Positions 22,391-35,700 of a DNA stretch of 64,000 nucleotides are shown here, piece after piece. The stretch is from contig NC_043015.1 of NCBI RefSeq assembly GCF_006345805.1, positions 19,158,001 through 19,222,000 of the forward strand. Direction: 5' to 3'. The position numbers and the translations under genes are program-made. The notes below the pieces were generated by a model. It was given only the letters and a program-made list of their open reading frames with translations, did no database searches and had not been told where the DNA came from. Within the stretch, counting starts at the first letter, position 1. The number at the start of each line of letters is the position of its first letter. This stretch comes from Octopus sinensis (taxonomy: Eukaryota).

Positions 22391-25300
22391 AACAAATTCA
22401 GTGATTCCAAAAGATTGCTGAGACCTCACAAACTAGCCCACAATAATGGTAATTATTTCATACAGAATTGTTTACTACAAAATTGATTCTTTTTTTTTTT
22501 TTTGTAAATAAAAAAACAGTTGTTGTAAATACTGAATCTAGTTGGGTTTACAAAAAGCAAATAATTTGAAAACTATTGAAAAATGGCCAGATCATAATGA
22601 GATCCTGGTTAATTTATTCAAAGTTTTCTAAATGCCAAACATTACTCACGACAGGTTTATTTTTTGGAAAGGGAGACAGAGATGTATGAATATATTCTGA
22701 ACTACAAAGAACCATGAAGATAACATGGAACATAAGGGATGATTTGTATTGGATAATTAGAAAATCAAATAAAAACATTGTGGGTCAGAAACCTGAAGAA
22801 CAGATGAGAAAAAACAGAGTACTGTTTTGAAGTATTGGAAAAAGTTTGAGCTGTTATAAAGTTTTTAAGCAAAAGAAGTTTGGTATTTAAAGTTCATGAG
22901 AAAAAGTGAGGTTCACCATATAATGACTTGATGGGAACTATTAAATTTATTGCAGAGTTCGACCTATTTTTACATGAATATCTCAATAGATGTAAGAATG
23001 AAAAAGTAAATACCACTTATCTATCCAAAACTGTGTACAAAGAATTGACAGAATCTTGGAAACACATGTGCAAGATAAAGTTGAGAATTATATTAACATC
23101 CAAGACACCAACTACTGCTTTATTATTGTTGACTCTATGCTTGACATGACACATGTCAACTAATTGGTAATTGTGGCTCAAAAGTTTTAAAATGGAAAAC
23201 CCTACAAGAGCTTTTTAACACCTTAACCAAAAGAAAAAACATTTATGACCTTGTTCAATTAATATAGCAAGTCATGAGTCCACATGGGCATTCGCTTAAA
23301 AATATCATATCAATCCTTCAATAATAGATTTAACATGAAAATCTCAGAGAAACAGCTACAAACATTCTTTAAAAACATTACCAGGTATGCAGACTCCGTA
23401 CCATGTACAGTTTTATTGGAGAAAGGTAGTGTCAGCTGTATCTGAAGTTGTTGAATATTTTGGCATTGAGTGGGAGCTTTATGTTTTCTTTGTTGATTCA
23501 TGATGAAGATGGGGCATTTTAAACACAGAAGACAATCTACATTTTCTTGGAATGGCTTATGATCTGCACATTATGAAATAGTAAGAGCAATTAAAAACTA
23601 ATACATGGGTATTTTGCAAACTCTCAAACATATTTTAAAAAAAGATTTTAAAAAAGTAGTTAAAATAGTTACGAAAATCAATGATGGTTCCAATAATGAT
23701 TACTGTTACAATTCCAATGACTCCAATTAGTGTGTAAGACAAGGAATAGAATTTGTCAAGACCATGACTGAAAACAGAAACAAAATATTGAATGTCAATA
23801 TACTTCAATATAATGGAGTATCTCTAACAATAAAAGATGGGTTTTTAGTTAACAAATTTACAAATTGAAACAATGAAATAAAATTCTTAAATTCATTTGG
23901 TAATAGTGATTTTTGAAAACAATTTAGCTGCAGAAATTATAACTATGCTTTCTTCTTCCTTATTTTCAATCTTTCTGTTTACCTACATCAGTACATATTT
24001 TTTATATCCATTTTGCTATTTTTACATCAGTGGGATAGGTCTTTTTGATGGAGCAGTTGCTTTTACAGATTTGGATGGCCTTTCCACAAGTAATCATTCA
24101 AACATGAAGTTTAAGTGGAACTTATCCTTGTCACCCAAATTAAAGTGAGTAGAGTTGTGTTCATCACTCAATGGCCCTAGTAGTAAGGCAAAACTATTAA
24201 CCATGTTGTGGTCAGTAGTTTTGCACCTAAGCCTACAACTATTGTACCTGATTTATTATAGGCTTAAGTTCATGTTTTACACTGAAATTCTTTTCATTGA
24301 GTACACAGTGATGTTTATCATAGTCATTTAATTTTTCCAATCTACCAAGAAATTATACTCTCTTCCGCAGTTAAGTAACATTTTTGTATTGTCATTTATC
24401 AGTAATAAATTTTAAGCCAAGAGAAAGGAATTTAATTCATTTAGTTTTGCTTGATTTCATTTTTAAATAAGTTATAAATGTAAATGAATTGTCCATTAAT
24501 TTCAACGATGAGCATTGCAGCTGATGGATCAACTGAAAAACCTATTTTGTATGAGAGTATATATACTAAACTGCTATTCAGAGGAGCACACACACACACA
24601 CACACACGTGCATGCACATGCACATACACACACACAGATACATACATACATACATACATACATACATACATACATACATACATACATACATACATACATA
24701 ACCGAGTTATTAGTGAGGGATTATGAATCTGGGCAAAATTCTTTATAAGCTCTTTGTTAATACACAAGGCTAACAGTGTTGTTTAGATTAGCAAAGAACT
24801 CTGTGTATTATGGGTGTGTTCCAGTTAAACTGATTTTTACACAGGGTAGTATACAAGACAACATATAAATAACGACCATTATTTAAGCCTTGTCTTATGT
24901 GTGTATATATACATATATATAACTGTCTAAGAATCCATAAGTCAGAAAATATATGCACAGAGTGGGCATTTTAATCAAAGTGTACATTATTATATATCCA
25001 TTATGGCCGAGCATAGAAAAACATGCATAAAATCAATTGAACAAATTTATTCCATCTATGTTGTGTTTAATCCATATTTGCCTGTTCAACATTGAGAATA
25101 ATATCATATTTCAGATTACAAGGCTATTTTTTCTGTTCAATTTAGATTTGTTACACATGTACATGATCAGCTTTTCTTAGCTGATGTACATTGACATATT
25201 TGATTATACAATGATGATGATATACTGTATTAGAGGCTAAGTATTCCACTGATACACATATCCTTAACATAATTTTCAAGTAGATTTACAAGTACAGGTC

Positions 25301-25770
25301 TGACAAGCCTCCACAAAATTTCAGGATAAAAATGAATAATATAAATGTTAGTGTAAATAACTTCCAATTTTGTACAGTAATTAGGTTTAGTAGAACAAAC
25401 TGGATAAATAGAATTCAATACATGTATATATATATATATATATATTTTATTATTTTCATAGGCAGAAACTTTTAGCCTTTGTGTCACTTTGTAATTTCTG
25501 CTGATTAAGATAGTAAGATATTAATATTAATGTGAATATTCTTTTTTACATTTTTAATGTACCTTCTAACCAGAACATGTAACTAAAGCTTTCTTCTCAA
25601 CAAATTTGAAATTGCAAGCTAAAAATCTGAAAGTACATCCTTGATATTAAGATATCCCTTCTGTTTATATATGAAGGAAAATTGGGGAAATTAAAGCATA
25701 ATAGATCTTAAAAGATTTCTTATTACTATGTCAATCATAAGAAATAATCATTTAAAAGACAAATATTTAC

Positions 25771-25985
25771 ATTTCTTGTGGATTTGTAGAAAGAATTGTT
25801 TTTTCTGTAGTGATGAATAATTCTGTTTCATTCTGAACAGAAACAAATGTTGTGTTTGGTAAAAAGCATTTGTCAATTGATGCTGGAGGTAAAAAGGGTG
25901 TTATCAGCCGAGTTGGAGAAAAACTAGCTCCAGCAGCCATCCATAGCGTTATGATAGTACTTAAAGTTGCTCCTATTAATGTTCC
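25771..25985 (-). CDS. SLC5 transporter exon (TM helix plus glycosylated extracellular loop)
   Basis: tttttgcag|GGA...GAAAT|gtaaat, 215 nt, phase 0 to 2. Encodes GTLIGATLSTIITLWMAAGASFSP..PASIDKCFLPNTT..QNET, matching the GALxG..LW..GA..P..C..N-x-T pattern of SMCT/NIS proteins. Confidence 0.9.
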
Positions 25986-26169
25986 CTGCAAAAAAAAAAT
26001 TGATATTCTTATTACATGATTTCTTAATTTATAAAAACATTTTGTTCATCTGGTTTAGGTTTAAAAACTGACTAAAACATTTAAATTCTTTCATCTATTA
26101 ACATCAATTTATTACAGGCAAAAAGACGTCTTTCAATTATTTGAATTTGCCACTTTCCACTTTAACAAT

Positions 26170-26560
26170 TTTGATACCAACTTACCTGAGACTGCAAGGC
26201 TACATGATAGAGAGATGTGGACGGAGGACATGCAAAGGACATGCAAAGAATGGAGAATGTAGAGGACATGCAAAGGATAGAGAGGAATGAAGTTTGCATG
26301 CTCTGCAGATGTGCAATGGCAGTGTACATGTGCAACAGAGCACTAGTGTATTGAAAGAAAAATTAAGCATAAGAGAAATTATGAGTAGTATGCAAGAGAA
26401 AAGACTGTTTGGTCATGTGATGCATATGAATAAGGACAGTTGTATAAAGAAGTACTGATCACTTAAAGTGGATGGAAGTCTTGGAAGAGGGAGACCCAGG
26501 AAAACATGGGACAAAGCCAAGTAGCAGTGAAACACTGGGGTTAATGAAACTGACCAGCCC
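26170..26560 (+). mobile_element. RTE LINE 3' coding fragment, degenerate
   Basis: Similar to the reverse complement of 19800-20100 (GTGCAATGGCAGTGT.., TGGTCATGTGATGC.., GGAAGAGGGAGACCCAGGAAAACATGGGA). Confidence 0.65.
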
Positions 26561-26619
26561 CTCCCCACAAAATCGCCAACCTTTCCCAAAAAATCACCAG
26601 ACCTGTGCTCAAATTAGAA

Positions 26620-29420
26620 ACCATTAGTGCTGCTATAAAAAACTAGAAATTTCCTGGACAACATTCCATCAGAAATCTTGAAGGAGGACTGAAACCTTTA
26701 CATGAGTGCTTCATTGTTATATCACAGAACCAAGAGTACATTAGAAGGCTGCTATATCTTCAGTAACTACAAAAAGAAAGGAGGAATATCTGTTTCTTCC
26801 AGCTGTAAGGGTGTAGCACCCTAGTCTGTTATGGGGAAGGTTCTATCTAAGATCAAATTCAAAAGACTGGTCTGATCAATATCAGAAACATCACAGCAGA
26901 ATCACAGTACAGCTTCTGCAGGGACCAAGGTACAGCAAACATGATTTTCATTACAAGACAGTTTTAGAGAAAATAGAGGAAACAACATTAAGACCAGTTC
27001 ATTATATTTGTGGAGTACACTCTAGAAGCCCAATGGGCTACAAACCCAGTAGCTGTTACAGCTATGAAAGAATGGTACTAACTCTTAACATTTAGAAAAT
27101 GAGTTTTTTTTGTCAATGGCACACAGTTCCTATCTTCCTTTCCACTTTCTCAATACAACAGCAACAACTGGCCAAACCTGCCTGACTTTGATACTATGGC
27201 AGTTTTATTTTCAGCAATTACAGATTCTACAACAATAGATTCTAAACCATTGGAGACAGGCCACAGTATCCTTTGGAAAGCTCAGAAAAAGTGTCTTTTT
27301 AAACAAATATTTCAACCTCAAAATAAATACTTTCCTCTACTGCACAGTCTGTATTTTCCCTTTATTAACATATTAAGAGCCTGGAGGTCTTTAACATTCA
27401 GTGTCTTCAGAAGGTCCTTTCAGAATTTAATCTACACTGTACAAGTATCAACGAACACAGCTCAGACATAAATAACAGATATCTGATTCTCAGCTACCTT
27501 GTAGATGTGAGTCAGACATCTGCTATTTACAGCCAGCTTAACTGAAGGATCAAAGAAGTGGTTGAAAAATCAGCTGAAGATCCCTTTGAAGAGAATCCAC
27601 TTCACCTCTTCGAGAATGGGAGACATTGTTATCTGCCATTCATCTCAGTGTTCTCACTATCTTTTGGTGTTTGAGGGTAATTGAAGATGGGAAGAAAGTC
27701 ATTCAGTAATATCAAGTGATGTTAAAAGAGAGGTATGTATGCAAAGTTACACCTAGCTTTTCCAACCATCTATGACTGTACTTGAACATCAAGAAATGGG
27801 GTGTGCAATCATCAAAAGATCTTTAGATGAAGATCCATAAGCAAGCATCATCTTATAGATGTGAGCAGCATACTTATGTGAATCTTACTAGAAGTGTGTT
27901 AGGAGTCAGGGCTGAATTAATTCTTGGCACTAAAGAGGAATCTTAGTCTTCATGATGCAATTTTGAGGACATTACACATGTGGAACTGGCATGTGGCACC
28001 ATGGGAGATTATGGGGTTTTAACATTTCGGGTTTAAATTATTTAATATGTTCAATAGTTTGGTCTGTAATGTTCAATAGTTTGTATGAAGGGGTTCATGG
28101 CCTTTGTAGCTCTCTAGGACCAATAAGATTTGTACATTTGATGTTCTTCATGAACAACTGCAAGCTGAAAGCTGCAAGAAAAAAAACATGGATAGAGAGA
28201 TAATTCTAGAAAACAGATGTCCTGAAGAAGAAAGACTGTGTGAAGCAATTTAGTGTGAGATGGGTGGTGGTTGGGGAAAACACCATCTGGGTGATGAGAG
28301 GAGAGACAAGTAAGTTGAGTGTGCCTGTGAGGAGGTGACCTGAGAGCAACTATCTCCCAGAAGCAGACTTACATGTACTTGTATCAGCATTCACTCAGGA
28401 TGAGTTGAGCCAGCTCCAACCTTTGAGTCCACAACAAAAGTCTCTGGAATAATGGAAGAAGAGACTGTGTAAGGAGACAGTATGCCTTCTGACTAGGCTA
28501 GTGTTAAGTGTGTTGCTTAGCAATTTCATATCAAAAGATTACCCTTTTTTTGAATGAAGCCAAGGATGTCTATCAGCATAGTAACAACACTGTTCCAGAG
28601 GTGGAAGCAGTATTTTGTTGTGGGTTGCAATCAAGTTTTGTATAGGGTTAGTAACTGTTGAGAGCTGAAATATTTTCTAATCCTGAAGGCACTGCACTTT
28701 GTGACAGTCATTGTCATGTTGATATGTGAGATCACCAGATCTCATCGGTTGTAGAGATGTTGACACTTTTGTTGAGTGTTATTCATGTTTAGAGAAGAAC
28801 AGATTATTTTCTTAGAAGCTTGGACATTTTGATTAACTCTAATAAAGATTAACTCTAGAGCACATTGTTTGAGTAATATTGCAAAAATTAGTTAACTTAT
28901 TGATTTGATGAATCAGATGATAACTTGAGACAAAGATGAAATATCTTCAATGTAAGAAGAGATATTAGTGATGAATTGTTGGTGGAGAGAAGCTGACATA
29001 AGAAGTAAATGCATTTAGATGAGAGGGAAAGGGAGACTTTGAGTTAAAGTAACTGGAAGTCCTTGTTGCAATATTCAAATGAGAACAGTAAGCAACAGGG
29101 AGTGAGAAATCTACATATGTACAGATATCACTTCTGGGAGTAAAAATTTAATACATAGTGTAGTTTGGATAGAGTATCAGGGTTGTTAATAAAAACTGAA
29201 AGATTTGTTTCTTGGAGATATATAGGATATGTGACTTATATTTTTATCAGAAGGTGAAGTGTGAGGTTGAAGTTCAGTTGGAGCTGGTGAGCATTTGAGA
29301 AGTGTTATTTTTTGGTTGAGACATTCAGGTAAAAATACTGAATGTTGATGTGCTAAAGGAGTTGAAAGAGAGAGTGAGAGAATTAGAGAAATAGTCTAAG
29401 AATATACAAAGGAAATGTAT
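26620..29420. mobile_element. Highly decayed LINE-like sequence (clade not resolved)
   Basis: Higher GC and LINE-like composition but no clean motif; weak call. Confidence 0.3.
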
Positions 29421-30127
29421 ATCACATACTGTCTCACTTCCAGGATTTTTTTTTTTCAGTTAAAGCAGATAATATATTTCTATTACATTTATATTAAATA
29501 GAAAACTGATAAGTTTTCATCTTCAAATCTATTATTTTTGTAGGGGGTGCAAAAAGTAATCCAATATTTCCTCAGAGTGCAGGGTATAGAAAAGGTTTAG
29601 TAACTACTGATCTAAAAAGCTGAGATAAAAAAAAAAACAAATTCAGTCTCATGAGATCTAAGCCAAGAATATAGTTTATTTAAAATATACTTTACAAAAG
29701 ACCTATGGTGATAGATAAATGAAATAGCTCCATTTTTACTGAATTCTTTTTATTTCCCTGTTAAACGATGATGATGATAAATAAATAAACTCTCACATTC
29801 TCAGTTCCTCTTCCCACCTCTGACCTTGTATTTTATAAAGTTGATAAATATAGTTTGTCTTGAGAAAGGGAAGACTTCACACCCCTACCAAACACAAAAC
29901 AAACTTATCTTTCTAACTGAAGGAAGACAATGAAAACAAAGACTTCTTACACAAACACCAGATAACCACTTGGTCACTCCACCTGCTACAAACAGTAACC
30001 AAATCTCCCTCAAACCACACCCCAGTTTTAAAAAATAATACACACAGGATAATGTAGTCCTAGATACCATTAAATGACAAGATCAAAACTGAAACACTTT
30101 TGATCTTTGCATTGATTTGGGACTAAA

Positions 30128-30660
30128 CAATAATAATAAAATAATAATGAGATTATTGTATACAGTGCTCAGGTGCACCACAACTTATCAAAAGTGCATA
30201 TAAAGCATATGCAGTAATGTACAAATGTCTGGAAAGTGAACAATGTATGGGTCAGATACATGTTTGCGTGTGTATGGAGGGGAGAAAATCAGGTGTAGTG
30301 TTGACGAATCTCAGGAAGCATGGAAGTTTTGAAGGATGCAGTGCTCTGACAACTAACAACTGATGCCGGCAGTCTGTTCCATGCTTCAGCAACTCTTAGC
30401 ATGAAAAAATTTTTTGGAAAGTCCTGGGAACTGTGTTGTTTTCTGACTTTGTAAACATGTCCACGGATGTTAGACAGGTGGAGTTTGAAAAGGTGCTCAG
30501 AGTTATTGTTAGTAAGATGGTTGATAATTTTATGGGTGTCTGCCAAGTCAGCTGCCAGACGTTGGAGTTTCAATGTATCCATGCCCAGGGAAGTAAAGCG
30601 TTCAGAATATGGCAAGTGCCTGAAATACATGCAATTGATTAAATTGATCCCAGTCATCCA
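30128..30660 (-). mobile_element. CR1-clade LINE 3' end
   Basis: LPYSERFTSLGMDTLKLQRLAADL..RGHVYKV..FFMLRVAEAWNRLP (30289-30657), then 3'UTR and (ATT)n tail. Confidence 0.85.
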
Positions 30661-31117
30661 AAATTTATCTTGAGAAGTCGTTAAGGAAAATGATTAGTAT
30701 CAATATTGTTCCAGCAGGATCATGGGCGAAATAAGTGAAAATGACTAGCGAAATGGAATATAAGCTACTTATAAGAAAATAATGATTTCACTTGATTTCA
30801 GTGAAGAATTTACTATACAAGTGAACATTCATTACAAATATGTCCTACATCTCTTTCTCAAGTTTCAGAAGTTTCCATCAAGTTTCTTTAGCTTAAATCA
30901 TCTCATTGTAGAAATGTTGAATTGCAGAAAATGTATGAAGCCTGAAATTACAGTACCAAATCCAAAGGTCCTAATATCACCTGAGGAAAGAGTTGTTTTA
31001 ACAAAGCACAAAATACCATTTCAGAAGAGAATTTGATTGATATTTAGAAGTGTTGCTTAGAATGTTATATTGACTTCAAATTTTGACACAAAACCAGCAA
31101 GTTCAGAGAAGGGAGTA

Positions 31118-31282
31118 AATCAATTATATTGGCCCCAGTGCTCAAATGGTACTCATTTTACTGACGCTGAAAGGATGAAAGGCAAAGTTTACCTCATCAG
31201 AGTTTGAACTCAGAACATAAAGATGGACAAAATGCCACTAAGCTTTTACCCAGCATACTAATGATTCTGTGGGTTCGCTACC
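31118..31282 (-). mobile_element. tRNA-derived SINE (OK-like family)
   Basis: Reverse complement of the family at 46474-47345 (TTCTGAGTTCAAA..CTTTGCCTTTCATCCTTTC). Confidence 0.8.
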
Positions 31283-31315
31283 TTATTTAGAATATAATAT
31301 TAGTAAGTTTAGTAG

Positions 31316-31535
31316 GGTGGTGAGCTGGAAGAATTCTTAGCATGCTGAGAAAAATGCTTAGTGGTTGGTATTTTGTCCATCTTTATGTTCTGAGTTCAAA
31401 TTCTATCAAGGTCAACTTTGCATTTCATCTCTGTTGGGTCGATAAAATTAAGTACCAGATGAGCATTGAGGGTGATATAATTGACTTACCCCATCCCATA
31501 AAATTGCTGGCCTTGTGCCAGAATTTGAAACCACT
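31316..31535 (+). mobile_element. tRNA-derived SINE (OK-like family), head-to-head with the previous copy
   Basis: GGTGGTGAGCTGG..TTCTGAGTTCAAATTC..CTTTGCATTTCATC..AATTAAGTACCAG. Confidence 0.8.
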
Positions 31536-31796
31536 ATTAATACATTTAACATTCAATGAAATTCTCTAAAAATTCTGTTGAATTTAGTAGAAAATGTAAA
31601 TTTTTTAGTTAGCATTAACTATTTTTATATCTATAAAAGAAAAGAATGCAAAAAGTGGTTGATTAAGAATAGTGGTTAATTAGAAATAACTAAAATGATT
31701 GCTTACATTACATAAGTATTCTAACATTTCAAGCATCACTAAGTATTTAGCTATATTGTATTTTAAACAGTTTAATGCATATTTTCATTATCTTAC

Positions 31797-31883
31797 CCGA
31801 GATTTTGCCCATGGAAATAGTGTTGCATAGAACTGGAGTCCTGTCAGTGGTGCACTAAAAACTGTTATCAAAATCCCAGCTAT
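31797..31883 (-). CDS. SLC5 transporter exon
   Basis: tcttcag|ATA...CGG|gtaaga, 87 nt, phase 0 to 0. Encodes IAGILITVFSAPLTGLQFYATLFPWAKSR (cf. ..GGPLLGLF.LG.FFPWAN). Confidence 0.9.
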
Positions 31884-32024
31884 CTGAAGAGTGAAAAAAC
31901 GGTAGATAAACATACAAGTTTACAATTGAGATTTTTCAAATCTCAGTTTTAGAAACTTTATACTCTCCATAAATCAACTGCTACTCTATCATTCAAACAA
32001 AATGTTGCTAGAAGCTCAATTTAC

Positions 32025-32095
32025 CTGTGTTAGTGATCCTCCAACATATGACACCATAAAGGCCAAACCAATAGATATTAATCCATAAGCAAAAA
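32025..32095 (-). CDS. SLC5 transporter exon
   Basis: attttcag|TT...CAG|gtaaat, 71 nt, phase 1 to 0. Encodes FAYGLISIGLAFMVSYVGGSLTQ; a 141-nt intron separates it from the next exon. Confidence 0.92.
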
Positions 32096-32666
32096 CTGAA
32101 AATCAATTAGCAAAGTATTAGAAGTATGCAACTGTGATACAATTAATTCAAGTGAGCTTGCTTGCATGCACAATATCTGATCTGTAGTCAATACAAATGA
32201 TTTGTGTGTGATAACGCAATTACAAACACTAATATTTTTATGACTATCCCTTCTTCAATTTCAACCATCGTGTCCCTTCTTCTGTTGAATGTCTCCCCTC
32301 CTCTATTATTTCTATTCTTTCCTCTCTTCTTTTCTTTCCTTCTTTCCTCTGTAGTCCTTATTTCCCAAATCATCACTTCCCTTCCCCTTTCCTCTTCATC
32401 TCTCTTCCATTTACCTTATACTTAATGCTTCTCTTTGCTCCCCCACCCCACGCCCCGTAACTGTACTATTCTTTCAGTGTTCTGCTTGGTTATAACCAGA
32501 AATGACTGATGAAAGTAACATTAATTTTCTAAGTCATTCAATTTTCCTCAACTGATAGTGTAAACCAATCTCTAACAAACCTATAATGATTAATGGAAAC
32601 AGCTATAAATCAAATTTACTACAATAAAGAAAAATATGTAATGAACATTATTTATTCCTTATCTTG

Positions 32667-32679
32667 TGTATATATATAT

Positions 32680-32772
<93 letters not shown>
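32667..32772. repeat. (TA)n + (AAT)n microsatellite
   Basis: Direct inspection. Confidence 0.95.
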
Positions 32773-32774
<2 letters not shown>

Positions 32775-35700
32775 GGGAGTATATCCAAACTTACAGGGAA
32801 AAATTAGATTTAGGATTAAATCAAATTTCACAGTATAAATATAAATTAAATTAGAGATAAAACCACTATTAGGCAAATCAAACAGTGAAGGACATAAATC
32901 AAAACAAAAATAAATATAATTAATATAATATACAAAATAAATAAAATATAAAATTTAGAATTTAAATTATTTAAATTTAAAATTTATACTTATAAATTTT
33001 TATATTTTTATATTTTTTAAAAATTTAAATTTATAAATTTTAAAACTTTTAATTTATTATTTTTTAAATTTTTAATTAATTAATTTATTAATATTTATAA
33101 AAAGTATTAAAAAGTTTAATATAATATGATAAGTAAAACCACTACGTACGTTTCATGGCCATAATTCAATTCGAATTAATTTAAATTCAATTAAAAATTC
33201 GAATTATAATTATAGTCAATCTTCAGTTTAATGATAATAGTTAAATAAATAAGCAAATAGATTTAAACAATATATTTTAAGAAAAAAATAGAATAATAAT
33301 TTTTCTTATAAAAGAAACTTAAATTAGAAACTTAAATCATTAGGATTATGTCATACAACCCAATCATTATGTTAAATATTAAATTTTAAGGTAAAAAAAT
33401 AGATAGAAAAATGTATTTATCTATTAAGATATAATATGGCTATAAAAACCTAATAAACTCACGAATAACCTAATCTCAGTTATAGTCAATATCTAATTAC
33501 CAAATTATTTAGCAAAATAATCACTATTCATATTTTTTAAATTTAAGTTCAAATCTAATAATTATAAAATATTTAAGAATAATAACTAAATTATTATCAA
33601 TAAATATAATAATTAACACTATCAATAAACATATAATGAAAACTAAATAAATTAATTAGCCCATTATTACTACGTAAATATTAAATATCAACGTAATATA
33701 TTTATGAAATCTATTAAAAAATTAAAGATGAAAAACAAGTTATAAACGTATAACCTATCTTAAAAGAACCGTATAACTATTTAACGTTCTATATATCTCG
33801 TTGGCTAATTAATAAATTACAGATAACATACAGTTATAATCTAATAACAATCAATAGTTATATAGTATCCAATATAATACAATATAACATAAATTATTAA
33901 AATAACTTTAATAAAAAGGTTTACTTAGCTTTCAAAAATCGTGTCATAAACTAAACTTATAATAAACAGATGGAAAATTCTTTTAACAATGAAAACTACG
34001 AATAGATTTTATCAATGAAAATTACTAATAAATATTATCAATGGAAAATGGCTATATTTAAGAACAAAGTCACTATTAGAGATACCTATGAATATATAAT
34101 ATGGCTTAAAAAACATAATAAACTTACGAATATCGTTAATTCAGTTATAGTCCAAAATTTAATTACTAAATTATTTCACTAAATAATTATTTTAGATTTA
34201 AGTACACATCTAATAATTATAAAATATTTAAAAAATAATAACTAAATTATTATCAACAAATATAGTGATTAAAATCTAAAATTTACGCTATCAATAAATG
34301 TATAGACATATAAAGAAAAATAAATAAATTAATTAATCCAATACTACTTACATAAATATTAAATATTAATATAATATATTTATGAGATACATTTAAAAAA
34401 TTATTCAACTTAAATTTGTTAAAAGAAGAAATAATGTACCTACACTATTAGTGGTAGAATAACCTACTCAAAAATTATTACTAGAGAATAATATTTTCAG
34501 TATTAATATGATATATGATATAAATATATATTTATCTTATACTAGAGTTAAGTATATAGTTTGTTATAAATTTGTTAAATTAATCAATTTGTATGTATTT
34601 TCTATATATTTGAAGTAGATTTATTTAGATGTTTATTTAATTAATATTATACAATGAATTTTATTAGAATATAGTTATTATATTAATTAGTGGTCATATT
34701 ACAGATAATGCTTGAATTACTACTGAATTCATTTTGAATGTGTCTAATAGTTTTTTTGTTTTTTTTTATTTATATTAATTTGACTACTACGTAATTTGTT
34801 TTATATAAATTAATTAAATCTTCTAAGATTTTTAGAGTATGCACAGTAATTGGTCGTTATATTAATTATTTAATTTATTGAGTATTGAGTATAATTTATT
34901 GTGTTTATTTTTAATGATAAACCTTATAGTATATAGTGGTTTTATTCTCTAATAGTGACTTAGTTCTATTTACATTTATAGATAAACTATAGCTGTTTCC
35001 ATTGACAATATTTATTCATAATTTTCATTGATAAAATATATTCCTAGTTTTCATTGTTAAAAGAATTTTTCATCTATTTATTCTATTTATGTTAATAATG
35101 TAATTCCACGAGTATTCTTATAAACGCTTAAAAGACGTTCTCCGTTTTTAAATTTTAGTTCATGACACGGCCATTGAAAGCTAAGTAATCTATTTCTATT
35201 TAAGATTTTAAAGTATTTTAATAAGTCTTATTGTATTATTTTGTATACTATATAAATACTGATTGTTATCATAATGATTTCGTTGTTGAAGATATGTATA
35301 TAATTATTAGATTATAACTGTACGTTATTGTAAGATATTACTTAGCCAAAGAGATATATAGATCGTTAATAGTTATACGGTATTTTAAAGTTAGGTTACT
35401 GGTTTATAATTTGATTTTAATCTTTAAATTTTTTAATGTATCTCATAAATATATTATATTAACATTTGATACTTATGTAAGTAGTACTGGATTAATTAAT
35501 TAATTTATTTTTCTTTATATGTCTATACATTTATTGATAGCGTAAATTTTAGATTTTAATCACTATATTTGTTGATAATAATTTAGTTATTATTTTTTAA
35601 ATATTTTATAATTATTAGATGTGTACTTAAATCTAAAATAATTATTTAGTGAAATAATTTGGTAATTAAATTTTGGACTATAACTGAGTTAACGATATTC

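Larger units (their letters stand above)
18530..23260 (+). pseudogene. ZMYM1-like (DUF4371) hAT transposase relic interrupted by an RTE LINE and a SINE fragment
   Basis: GTIKFIAEFDLFLHEYL..TTYLSKTVYKEL (22928-23149), then frameshifted YCFIIVDSMLDMTHVN; the N-terminal part lies at 18530-19090, before the LINE. Confidence 0.75.

Noticed and set aside
24441-24767. ORF containing LVYILSY as a possible last-TM exon
   Set aside because: It runs out of a (TACA)n/(CA)n microsatellite and lacks splice sites and the IG..T..GL.VS pattern.
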